From: Octopus sinensis
Lineage: Eukaryota
Direction: 5' to 3'
Assembly: GCF_006345805.1 (NCBI RefSeq)
Contig: NC_043021.1
Span: forward strand, 372,001 to 436,000
DNA: 64,000 nucleotides
In this document: positions 52,662-64,000 of the stretch, piece after piece
Numbering within the stretch: the first letter of the stretch is position 1
How the letters are laid out: every line of letters begins with the position of its first letter
Notes under the pieces: generated by a model
Seen by the model: the letters and a program-made list of their open reading frames with translations, nothing else
Database searches by the model: none
Told to the model about the DNA's origin: nothing
Program-made: the position numbers and the translations under genes

Positions 52662-54990
52662 AAGCTTAGATATGTTTCGACCAAAGATTGGTCCACGCCA
52701 TGTCTAACTTAATATCACCACCTGATAGGATTATCTAAATCCTCTTAAAGTCAAGTTTTGTTTATGGTCCTTTCAAATAGTGAGTTCTTGTTGAGTGAGT
52801 TGAATCCTTGTATGGGTGGCTTGTCTGGTATTCCTTGAAGAAATCTGTCCAGACTCCGTTTAAAGGTGATGGGATCCTTTTCCTCTTTAATCATTTTGGG
52901 GACAATGTTAAACAGGGCAGGGCCTGTTGAGAAAAAGAAATTATGTCGCATTGTACCTATATGTTGTGATCCTGAATTGGGCAGGGGACGTATGGCCCGT
53001 AGTCCCAGCCTTCGAGGAACCTTGAAACTAATGTTCAGATCATTTCGGCAATGATGGCGGTATATAATCTCCACATCGTACAAATGATGTACCACTTGCG
53101 GCGGCGCAGGAGAGAGTAGAATTTCAAGGCTTTAAGGCGATCCCAGTAATCGAGATGAGTCATATCTTCAATTCGTTTAGTGAGTACCCTCTGGGGTAAT
53201 TCAGTTTTCGAGATGTTTTGTTTTGCATGGAGAGACCACAAGGAGCAACAGTATTCGAGGTGTGGCCGTGGAAAGGAGGAGAAAAGTGGAATGATGACAC
53301 CTTGTTCTCTGGACCGGAAAGTTCTTAAGATCCAGGAGCTCATCCTACGAGCTATATCAACCTTATTGTTGATGTGGGCGCTCCAACTGAGATTGTTATC
53401 AACAATTACACCCAGGTCTCTGATATTGTTAGAGGCTGTGAGCGGTTCCCCTGAAGGAAGAGAGTATGGCTGTTTTAGTATAGACTTTCTTCCAAAATGC
53501 ATCAGCTCAAATTTTCCCTCGTTTAATTGCATTTTGTTTTTGTCTACCCATTGACTCACAGCATATAGATCAGACTGGAGTTGAGTTCGGTCTTCTTCTT
53601 CATTGATGATGTTCTGGAGCTTAGTGTCATCAGCAAATATTTTCACTTTACAGTGATTTACGATGCTGGAAAGGTCGTTTATGTAAATTATAAAGAGGAG
53701 CGGGCCAAAGACAGTCCCCTGAGGGACACCACTGGTGAATTTTGCTTGGCTCGAGTGGACTCCATTGACGACAACATGTCGTGTTCTATTCGCCAGGAAA
53801 TTCTTAATCCAGTGTAGAATTTTTTCATGGATTCCAACATTTGCCAATTTTGAGAGTAAGATATTATGGTCAACCCTGTCGAACGCTTTACTGAAGTCAA
53901 GATATATGACATCAGAGTTCGAACCTGTTCCCAAGGCTTTAAGTATATCTTCAATGTGGTGTAAGAGCTGTGTTAGACAGTCCCTGTCACAGCGAAAGCC
54001 ATGCTGATTTGCATTTAGGAGTTTGTTGATCTCCAGGAAGTCAGCTATCCTCGATCTTACCACTCGTTCAATGATGTGGGAGGTGAGTGAGATTGGGTGA
54101 TAGTTCACTGCGAGGGATCTGTTTCCCTGTTTGAAAACCGTGATGACAGACTTGGATAGGATCTGGTTCGGTATATAACCCGAGTCTAAAGAATTTATCC
54201 AGAAGTTGATCAGAGTGACTGCAAGTTGGTGTCTACATTCCTTCAGGAGACTAGCGAGGAATCTATCAGGGTCTACAGTAGAATAGCATTTGACCTCATT
54301 TATTGCCGCTATGATGTCTGAGGCATTGAAGATTATGTCCGAGATTTTATGTTGGGAGTCAACTTCGTTCGCTTCTCTTACGTCAATATCAGTGGGATCA
54401 CTAAAGACAGAGCAATATTGTCACTGCGGTATTTCTGCCATTTCTTTAGCATCGTGTTGGAGAATACCGTTATCATCGATCAATAGTCCAATGGGTGAGA
54501 CAGCGGTTCTATGCTTATTTGCATAAGAATAGAACACTTTTGGGTTCTGTTTGATGTTTTTGATTACCCACTGTTCCTCCTCAGCTCTTTGATTTTCATT
54601 GGAGGTTTTCATGTCGGTCTGCAGATTAAGTTTTTTCAACTCCAGCCTTTTCATTGTTGTTGAATGTGGATGTTGTATGTGGGAGTATTTTAATTTTTTT
54701 ATTGAGTCTTTTGATGCGCCTGATGAGTGTTCTTTTCTTTCTAGGGAGCCGGTTTCTGTTTGTGTTTGTGAATTTCGTAGGAGCGTGTTTTGAGCATGTA
54801 TAGGTGACAATGTTCTCAAAGTGCTGCCATGCGGTCTCAATGTGAGTGGAACTGAGAGTGAAAGTCCAGTTGATGAAAGACAGATCCTTTCTGATTGCTC
54901 CCCAGTCCGCTTTGTGGAAGTTTATGTTGTCAAATGAGTGTCATGGAGTGGGATTGGGTGGTTTGGGTTTTGATATGCCGGGAATTAAAA
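52660..54990 (-). mobile_element. CR1-type LINE (RT region, 5'-truncated, with frameshifts)
   Basis: 357-aa ORF 53035-54108 with NYHPISLTS, QHGFR, YLDFSKAFDRVDH, GVPQGTVFGPLLFIIYINDL and FADDTKL; upstream linker residues and 3' UTR shared with 29815-30010. Confidence 0.95.
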
Positions 54991-55110
54991 TTGCAGAGTA
55001 TCATGTCGTAGTCTGAGAGGAGAGTTTTTCAACTGAAATATCATATATCTACCTTCTCTAAAATGTTACTACTTAATTTGAAAGCTTTTGTATTATTGGA
55101 AAACCTATAT

Positions 55111-55201
55111 AATTGGCTGAAGAGCACTCAACATCTTAAATCTGCTGCAATACTTACAACATTTAATAAAATGTTGTAGTGCGAAACAATTGTACCAAAT
55201 T
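55111..55201 (+). ncRNA. Type I hammerhead ribozyme motif; predicted cleavage after A55194
   Basis: AAUUGG(55111-16) CUGAAGA(55117-23) GCAC...GUGC(55179-82) GAAAC AAUU GUA CCAAAUU: full core, stem I UUGG/CCAA, stem II GCAC/GUGC plus UACAACAUUU/AAAUGUUGUA hairpin. Confidence 0.85.
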
Positions 55202-55230
55202 ACCGGAGTCATTCTTGTTGCTTATTTTTG

Positions 55231-55298
<68 letters not shown>

Positions 55299-55434
55299 AT
55301 ATATATATGTATGTATATATATGTATATATATACACATATATGTGTATATATGCATATATATATATATATACATTATATATAAAACATATATATATGTCT
55401 ATATATATTATATATATATACATATATATATATA

Positions 55435-55474
<40 letters not shown>

Positions 55475-55607
55475 ATATATACATAAATATATATATTATA
55501 TATATGTATGATATTGTATCATATTATATATACATTACATATATATACATACATACATACATATATAATATATATATATATATATATACATACATACATA
55601 CATACAT

Positions 55608-55691
<84 letters not shown>

Positions 55692-55701
<10 letters not shown>

Positions 55702-56588
55702 ATTTAGGAATGGTCATTTTGCCAGTTTAGTCAATAAAAACACACACAACTATATATTTGGTGTTACTTTGCTTCAGCGTTATTTATTTTTTACATTAAT
55801 CTTAATCTTATTTCGGCCAGAGTTCTTTCGTCACACTCCTGTGACCGCATCAGTGGTCCTTTGCTTTCTTCCTTCTTATTTGTGTGTCTCTCCTTACTAA
55901 CGGTCAGCCATTTTGTATTTCTATTGTATGTGTCTTCATTTGCGCATGCGTATATCTCTATGTGTGTCTATGTTTAGTTAGTGTGTGTGTGTGGGAATGC
56001 GCCTGTAATATTTTTATCTCCTGTTTATATACGTTCGTGTAATTTGTTTTTGTATTTTTCTTTTTGTTGTTTTTGATTTTGTTTTTGTTTTTGTTTTTTT
56101 AATTTATATTTTATTCATGTGTTTACACCTACTTATTATTATTATTATTATCATCATTATTATTATTATCATGTAGGTATGTATGTATGTATAATAATAA
56201 TAATAATAGTAATAATAAAAAAATGTATATAGTTATTTACTTCCATTTGTTTATTTATTTGTGTATTATTAATATTACAGGCACTTCCCTCCACACGCAC
56301 TAACTAAACATAGACACACATTGAGATATACGCATGCGCAAATGAAGACACATACAATAGAAATACAAAATGGCTGACCGTTAGTAAGGAGAGACACACA
56401 AATAGGAAAGAAGAAAGCAAAGGACCACTGATGCGGTCACAGGAGTGTGACGAAAGAACTCTGGCCGAAATAAGATTAAGATTAATGTAAAAAATAAATA
56501 ACGCTGAAGCAAAGAAACACCAAATATATAGTGCGTGTGTTTTTATTGGCTAAACTGGCAAAATGACCATTCCTAAATACAACAATAT
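55692..56588. repeat. Large foldback: ~320-bp inverted arms (55692-56012, 56271-56588) with a 258-bp spacer; imperfect symmetry extends to ~55500 and ~56640
   Basis: Direct reading shows the arms are near-identical reverse complements. Confidence 0.9.
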
Positions 56589-57006
56589 GTGTGTGTGTGT
56601 GTGTGTAATGTATATATAATATGATGCAATATCATATATATATATATATATCTATATATATATATATATATATATATGTAATTTATATATGATATGATAC
56701 AATATCATATATAAATATATACGTTTATGTATTTGTTTTGCAAGATTTTGGATGTGAAATCATTTGTGGAAACAGATATTTAATTCTTTATACCATTTGT
56801 ATTCTGTATAAGTCGGACATTTTCATATGTATACATATATAGGCTTCTTTTCTTTTTATTGTATTTCATGTATTTAATATACTTTATATAGTGATCTGTC
56901 TCATTTACTTATCCCTACATTTACTTCTGTACTCGCTCAAGTTTAACTCTCTTGAGCACTACTAAGTGTATTCTGTACGGAGGATATTTGGTTCTCATCT
57001 ATGAAC

Positions 57007-57067
<61 letters not shown>

Positions 57068-58652
57068 CAAAACCCTCCCAAAGTGATCAATGTTTATATA
57101 AGGAGTCTTGCAGTGAGACCAAACTTTGAATCACGTGGTTACGAAGTAAACTTCTTAAACATACAGTCGTACCAGTGTGTCCATGTACATATTTTATAAT
57201 CATAGCTGCTAATCATTGACTGTCTGTTATGACCACACCTAATAAATCATTACAAATGGTTTCCTGTAGACTTTCTCCTGCAATGCCAATTGCAGAGGGA
57301 ACACATATGAAAACATTAAGGTTTCTTCTTATAACTCCCTGAAAAGTAACTAAACATTCGTCAGTTATCTAAAGCTCCTGCTGCATACGTCAGTGCACAA
57401 TATGTACGGCATCTATGCAACAGGCTCTATTGATGCACTGTGTATGGGTGTGTGATGTGAGTGTGTGTATGTGTTACGCTTTTATCTTAGTCGACGTTTT
57501 CTGTCTTTGTATATAAATGTATATTCGTGTGTAGTTCTCTCAATCTGTTCGTCTCTTGGTTTTATTTCATACAGTACATTATCAATTACATAAAACATCG
57601 TTTGTAATAGTGTTTTCTAGATTTCAAGTCGATGCTTACAGATGTAAAATAATATGTTCTACCCACCTAGTTCTTACATTTCTGTGTGTTCTGAGTCAAG
57701 ATTCAGACGTGAAAAGTCTGAAATGATTTTATGACAAGATTGAGACATGAGGTTGCTTGCAAAACACTGCTCTATTATGATGTCGCTGTCTCCCCGGGTT
57801 CGTTGGCGGACATGCATTGTACAAAAAAAGTAGGATATCCAGACTGTTAGAGAATCATGTTAATGAGATATAACATATGAGACACATGCATACCCTGGGG
57901 GCTGCTTGTATATGAAGCAAAAAAGCATTATCAAATTAGCTACATGTTTCTCTGAAGAAGTTTCCAATAAGATCTGAAAAGCTGAATCAGGTTGTTTATT
58001 CTATTTCTGTCAGTAGAGAAATACATAAAAACATGTTTTACATTCGTTGGTGCCTCTCTTTATGCATTTACACTGCTTCGATTAAATCTTGTTTTGCTTC
58101 ACTACAAACACGCATTTACCATATATAATGTATATTCAAACAAAACATGTCTGATGCGGGGGAGGGGTGCACAGTATAGCCGAATGGTTAAAAAGTTTGC
58201 TTCGGAACCTCGAGGTCCTGGGTTCAATGCCACTGATGGCATCATGGACAAACGCCATTTCCTATAGCTTTGGGTCGACCCATACTTTGTGAGTGAAACT
58301 GTGTAGAAGGAATCTGTATAGCAGCGAATCGGCTGTAATTGCACAAGTACAACCTCATCACTCACTGTCACTCGCTGATTCTGCCTGAGAATTATGTTAA
58401 GGGTACACATGTCTGTGAGATACTCAGCCATTTATGCCTTAATTTTGGAACAGAGAATTCAACTGATCAATTGTTTAATGAAGGGGACCCACCACCATCA
58501 CCACCTCCACCACCATGTATGTATAAGCATTCATTCTTCTTTATATAACCAATCATATATATTTTAACATTACCTTTTCTCAATTTTAGAGTCCGAAGTT
58601 CCATATCGCATACAGATCACATCTACCGCTTTTCTAAACTGCTGCGCAATTC

Positions 58653-58692
58653 ATGGATTACGGATTATCTAACCTCTTATATTGGATTACTT
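58653..58692 (+). CDS. First coding exon of an Ig-superfamily protein gene (signal peptide start MDYGLSNLLYWIT); exon 58590-58692
   Basis: Acceptor CCTTTTCTCAATTTTAG at 58589, in-frame upstream TAA, ATG at 58653, donor T|GTAAGT at 58693 (phase 1) matching the next exon. Confidence 0.75.
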
Positions 58693-59813
58693 GTAAGTAT
58701 CCTTAGCTATTACTGGATTTATAATTGTCTTCTTGATGTGAGCCATAATGTTTTATGAGAATACGCAGAGCCTGGCGGTTGTGGAATCCTTGCAGAAACA
58801 AAAGCAACAACAAAAGAACACCAATGCAATGACAACCAACAGCAAGTTGTACCCCGAAGTTTCCCATAAGAACGGCAAGTTAAGATAATGCAGGGATATG
58901 GACAAAGAGACGTTAGGAAGAGCCAGTCTTCAAACTTAACTACTTTAACATACATAGAAAGATTGCTTGCAACAACGAAGAAATTCTGGGTCCAAACTCC
59001 ACACCATTATTCAAGTCTATCTTAAAAGTCGGACCAATTCCTAAAATATTTCAATAGAGATTATATACAGTTCATAAAGTTTTATAAAGTTCCATCTACT
59101 GTCTAAGTGAATAATCATGAGCTTTATTTAGTTTTAAAAGATAAACAATTCCAGTGCATCATACCTAAAACAAGGATACATTATAACCTAATTCTATATC
59201 TAAGATACTCTAGCACATTACATCTTCAAACAACAACACATTATAAACATCTTTTATACGCAGATAATTCACTCTATTAAAACTTCAACAGTTGAACATT
59301 ATTAGGATTCTTTTATATTGCACCATAAATATAAATATAAATATAAATACTATAAATATTGTCTTTTATAAGCGTTGTCTAATTTAAACATATTGCTCAA
59401 ATTTATAAACAAGCACGATCGTGTGCGCGTATGTGTACTTGTATGTGTATGATACACACACACACACACACACACGCACACACACACGCACATATGTGCG
59501 TGTATTTTAAAGTGTTGTTGATGGTGGAGAATGAATGTACAGGTATGTGTAGGTGAGTGCTCGTGCGCGAGTGGGTGATGCGTTTAGGCATACATTTATC
59601 TGTAGGCTTAACGGTTTAAGCTAGCAATTACTCTGTCATATGTTCATGGGAATGATTATTATATTCTATGACGTCATTACAATTAACAACTTTAACAACA
59701 GTGGTACTAACAGATGATGGAACCAAGTACACGGCGGCGCAATAGAGTTTCACATTCGTAACATATATATATATATATATATATATATACCACACACACA
59801 CACACAACATTTG

Positions 59814-59871
<58 letters not shown>

Positions 59872-59914
59872 CACGCACACATACATATATATACATTAAT
59901 ATATATATATATAG

Positions 59915-60255
59915 GAGCAGGCGTGGATGTGTGGTAAGAAGCTTGCTTACCAACCACATGGTTCCGGGTTTAGTCCCACTGCGGGGCACCTTGGGCTAGT
60001 GTCTTCTACTATAGCCTCGAGCCGACCAAAGCCTTGCGAGTGGATTTGGTAGACAGAAATTGAAAAGAAGCCTGTCGTATATTAACAACCAATGCTGGTG
60101 CGTTTACGTCCCCGTAACTTAGCGGTTTGGGAATAGCGACCAATAGAATAAGTACTAGGCTTACAAAGAACAAGTCATGGGGTCGATTTGCTCGACTGAA
60201 GGCGGTGCTCTAACATGGCTACAGTCAAATGACTGAAACAAGTGAAAAATAAATA
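59915..60255 (+). mobile_element. SINE family A (intronic)
   Basis: Matches 8968-9340 with an internal deletion. Confidence 0.8.
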
Positions 60256-60383
60256 ATACACACACACACACACACGCACACACACATATCTATAGTTGAA
60301 CTTTATAGAAAAACAAAAGACGAAGTCAGGTGTATGAACAACAGGCAAGTGTATTAATTTGACGCTCATGAAAAATGAAAAGG

Positions 60384-60420
60384 TTTTTTACGTTTCGAGC
60401 CTACGCTCTTCAACAGAAAG
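60384..60420 (-). ncRNA. Minimal hammerhead motif with variant core CUGUUGA (A6U) in Penelope-like repeat 60288-60490
   Basis: Minus strand CUUU-CUGUUGAA-GAGC-GUAG-GCUC-GAAAC-GUA/AAAA. Confidence 0.6.
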
Positions 60421-60604
60421 GAATAAGAGGAAATAAACAGAGAGAGAATGATAAAAAAAAGACCTGTAGAGTTCCGCGGTCCAGCATGGCGAATACTCAT
60501 ATACATACATATATACACACACACATATATGCACAGATAATTAAACTATATTCTTTCAATGTGTTTGTATATAGCAGACACATACATAGCTGTATATACA
60601 CGCT

Positions 60605-60674
<70 letters not shown>

Positions 60675-61432
60675 TACACGCATACAAAAAGAGTAGGGAG
60701 ATTAAAATCCAGGCAAATAATTTTTTGAGCCCTCTGTAGTAATACAATTTGGCTAACTAGATCAACGAGTGATAATCGTTGTGAACTTTGGAGCCATATA
60801 ATTATGCTCGTGTCCCTGTTCGTTTAGTAAATCAAAAGATCGATTAGGAAGATTTCAGCGTGCAGAACGCATAGTAAAATGGAAAATAATACATTTCTAA
60901 TTCATAATTAATTTATAATCCATAACTATCTTACTCTACTCACGTCTCAGATGAGCACGTATTATGTCATACAATGATGCATTTTAGTGTCATACTTATA
61001 AACATAAATGAATGTATGGGCATATGAAAGCTCCCGTCAGCTGTAGGATCCAGACTTCTGGTAGTTTGGGCGCATTTAACCACATTCATCTAGTGAGTGC
61101 CATTATTTGTAAATATCATTCAGGAGAGGACAGTATAATGCAAAAGTTTGAAGAGTTAGAATACGGAGAACAATGGCATACGAGTAAGACGGAAAATTAC
61201 AGACAAACAGACAAACAAATAGAAATATGTAAAGAAGAGAAAAGGATGGAATGATCACTCTGAGAGAAAGCATCTGTTGGGGTAACCTGAGAAGGATATT
61301 GAGTGCGCTAGAAATGTTTGTGCAAATAAAAGTGAGATGGTATGGAAAAGTGTTAACAGAGAAGGACAAATGAACACGGAAACTTCTCCTCAGCCGTAAG
61401 ATTCAGTGTCAGGGTGGTTTGAGCCCATTCAA

Positions 61433-61494
<62 letters not shown>

Positions 61495-61514
61495 AGTGTG
61501 TGTGTGTGTCTAGA

Positions 61515-62387
61515 CGAGATGGTATCAAAAGGTTTCCGGACTAGTTATGTTTAATAAAAAATCCTTTATTTACCTCGGTTTTAGCATCATCACCTTCGAA
61601 ATAGTCGCCTTGCGCAGCAATACACCGGTCTCAGCGTTCCTAATAATTTTAGAATTCGGCCTGGAAGTCGTTTTCCGTTAGCGAGTCGAGGACCTTCTGC
61701 ATTTCGCTCTCGATCTCGACAACGGTGTTAAAACTGCGATCTTTGATATGCATTTTCATCTGAAGGAAGTGATGGAAGTCCGCAGGTGATAAATCTGGCG
61801 AATAGGGCGGGTGCAGAAGAGATACCATGTTGTTTTGGGCGAGAAACTCAAAGTGAAAAGAACTCGGTGACAGGGTACATTGTCGTCGTAAAGACTCCAA
61901 TTCTTCGCGCTCCTCAGATCTGGTCGCTTTCGCCGAATGTCCTTCCTCAGACACTTCAAAACGTCGTTGATTGTTCTCTGACAATCCACATGCACAAGCT
62001 GATCAATTTCCACCACATTTCCGTCTTCTAGGGACGTTCTTCCGCTTTTGAAGCGCCCGTACCACTCAAAACTTTGCGTGCGACCCATTGCCTCATCGCT
62101 GTAAGCTTGCCAATGCGTACTCAGTGTTTTTGTAGCAGACTTCCCAAGGTTAACGCATAATTTCACGTTGGCTCTTTGTTCCAATTTCCTGTCCATAGCA
62201 AAAATCACAGACTGCAGCATACAGCTGATCACAAGAATACAAATTTCACAACTTGTGAAGTAAACACAGCAATGTTACTCGCCACACTGCCTCATAAAGT
62301 TCATGGTAGCTCTCACTGCGCATGCAACCGTGTGTTGCCATCTGTTGGCGCGCTACAGAACTAGTCCGGGAACATTTTATACCCCCT
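61515..62387 (-). mobile_element. Internally deleted mariner element (intronic)
   Basis: MDRKLEQRANVKLCVNLGKS...FEWYGRFKSGRTSLED...HPPYSPDLSPADF; TIR-like ends. Confidence 0.85.
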
Positions 62388-62566
62388 TATATGTATGTCA
62401 TTATTAAGTATATTTCAAGATTAACGATTTTTCGTAACGTCTGTTGCCATTGATAGCCGACGAGAGTGTATCGTAGCTGTTCGCTCCGGCATTCGAGACC
62501 TCACTCTATCGCTAACTTCAGTTTTCCGAGTCATTGAATCACCTTATTTATTTATTTATTTTGCAG

Positions 62567-62747
62567 TGTTGTCAGTAATAAAGTCTGAAGCAGTCGAAGA
62601 CTGCATTCCAGTAATTAATAAGAAGGATTTCTGGGTTCCAATCAATCAGCCAATTGTGGTGAGTTGCCGACTGGGAACATGCACCTACAAATTTGAAGGT
62701 ATCACTTGGAAAAGACATGGCCAAAAGATAAACGATTACACAGAATC
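62567..62747 (+). CDS. Second coding exon: end of signal peptide and N-terminal half of an Ig-like domain
   Basis: Acceptor TTTATTTTGCAG at 62566, donor TC|GTAAGT at 62748; splices to MDYGLSNLLYWITLLSVIKSEAVEDCIPVINKKDFWVPINQPIVVSCRLGTCTYKFEGITWKRHGQKINDYTES with Ig B-strand Cys and C-strand ITW.R.G..I. Confidence 0.78.
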
Positions 62748-63099
62748 GTAAGTGACGTCATTCCATTTTGTATTTCCGTCTTACACATTCACATGTATGT
62801 TGTTGCTGTCGTTGTTGTTGTTGTGTGTAGGTAGAATATCTGTGGTCATTATAAACAAAGAAAGTCCACCTATGACCATCTCATCGTTTATTCAGAAATA
62901 GGGCTTCCTTGTTTAATATTGTGTTCCATTATCGGGTTGGGAGAGTGAGATCCGAAGGATATTTGACTGCTATATTTTACAGATCGAGCGACATGCAAGT
63001 TTGTCTATCTGAATATATGCGCATACGCGTTTGTGTTTGCATGTATGTACGTGCGTGTACATGTGTGTTCATGCATGTGTAAGCACGAAATTTAAAACA

Positions 63100-63760
63100 G
63101 GGAACTTCTGCCCAAATTCGTGAATCTTCTCCGTTCGTCCCCCACAAATTCTACCTTCCAGCAAACCTCATTCGCTTTGCCTGCAGAGTATTCATGATAT
63201 TTTTGGATTCATTATGGTCTTAGAGGAAAAGACTGAGAGTCAGGTTTATAACGCCTCCTTGCTCAGACCAGCCACTCGGTATGTCAGTTTGGTCCTCCAT
63301 AGTTCTTAGAAATAAATATCAATGACTCTGTAGAATGCCAACATTATGTAATGATATCCAACTACGAGTTTTCTTCCGAATTCATCTCATGATGCACTTT
63401 TGCCACAGCCTTTGTGAAAGTTTAAATGTCGGTTATGTAAATGTTATTGTTGATGTTGCTTCTGTTGTGTTTGCAGACCAAAATTTAGACCAAAATTATT
63501 TGAAATCTTCCTGAAAAAGGGATCTTTCTACGAAGCTCTTGTTTCGCTTCATTCTCTGATATACAGCTGATGGATTAGCAACCAGCTTGTCAATGCTTAC
63601 GTCATTGTTGTATCCCCCACGCCATCCCTGATAACGGAAATTTCTTCAACATTTTGACTTCATATCCTGCTCTCAGAATCTGTTGGGAGTGGTAGAATCT
63701 CTGAAACATTTTTTAAAGCATAGTATATAGTTAGTGAATAAGTTCTGTGAATTATTATCT
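63100..63760 (-). mobile_element. Possible highly decayed DNA-transposon ORF remnant
   Basis: Stop-interrupted, protein-like minus-strand translation (...LVVGYHYIML...NYGGP...); family not identifiable. Confidence 0.25.
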
Positions 63761-64000
63761 ATCATATGATAGTTTTAAATTCCTGGTTCTGCTGCGTGGG
63801 CTGTTTAATTATCCAGGATTACCAGCGTTCAGCTACTTTATTAACACGTACACTGCAGACGTCTCTGAAGTGTTTTTTATTCCTCTATTTATTACAATGA
63901 TAGCTGAGGTATAATATCAGGTATTGACCAATATATATATCCTTCAAGTCATCTTCTCCGTCCATAATTATTGGGTGGGTGGGATGGTGGCGGTGGAGTC

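Noticed and set aside
57950-57990. CUGAAGA...GAAAAGCUGAA hammerhead-like string
   Set aside because: Stem II is about 2 bp and the GAAAC/GUH elements are broken.
62659-62664. Alternative donor GTGAGT inside the Ig exon
   Set aside because: Using it would remove the Cys and Trp of the Ig domain; GTAAGT at 62748 fits better. It could still be a minor isoform.
63477-63570. Candidate third exon of the Ig gene (TTTGCAG|ACCAAAATTTAGA..., phase-compatible)
   Set aside because: The frame hits TGA at 63568-63570 with no good donor and lacks the Ig D.G.Y.C motif; the region looks more like a decayed minus-strand ORF.

Overview
Repeat-dense, AT-rich animal genomic DNA, most likely from an octopus (inferred from tRNA-derived SINE families and the very high load of (TA)n/(TG)n/(TACA)n/(GATA)n microsatellites). 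It is not prokaryotic, and almost all ORFs in the track are microsatellite or low-complexity artefacts. One host gene is supported: two + strand coding exons (58653-58692 and 62567-62747) splice in frame to a signal peptide plus the N-terminal half of an Ig-like domain, and the gene continues beyond what can be identified here. The rest is a layered set of decayed mobile elements: several Tc1/mariner families (one precisely nested in another at a TA), Tigger/pogo, hAT, a Helitron Pif1 helicase remnant, CR1-type LINEs, restriction-like-endonuclease LINEs (R4/Dong, CRE and another clade), a Penelope-like RT/GIY-YIG remnant, MITEs and many SINEs. The most striking unannotated signal is seven type I hammerhead ribozyme motifs in Penelope-like terminal repeats, on both strands. 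The long-stem-II families each carry a different palindromic stem III (ACACGUGU, ACAGCUGU, ACGAUCGU, ACAAUUGU). Two short motifs have variant cores, one pair is embedded in a 434-bp near-perfect foldback, a further non-canonical hammerhead-like pair lies in an ~900-bp foldback, and one repeat copy begins at its family's predicted cleavage site. Coordinates of decayed elements are approximate. Scattered homopolymer discrepancies suggest residual long-read errors, so some frameshifts may be artefacts.
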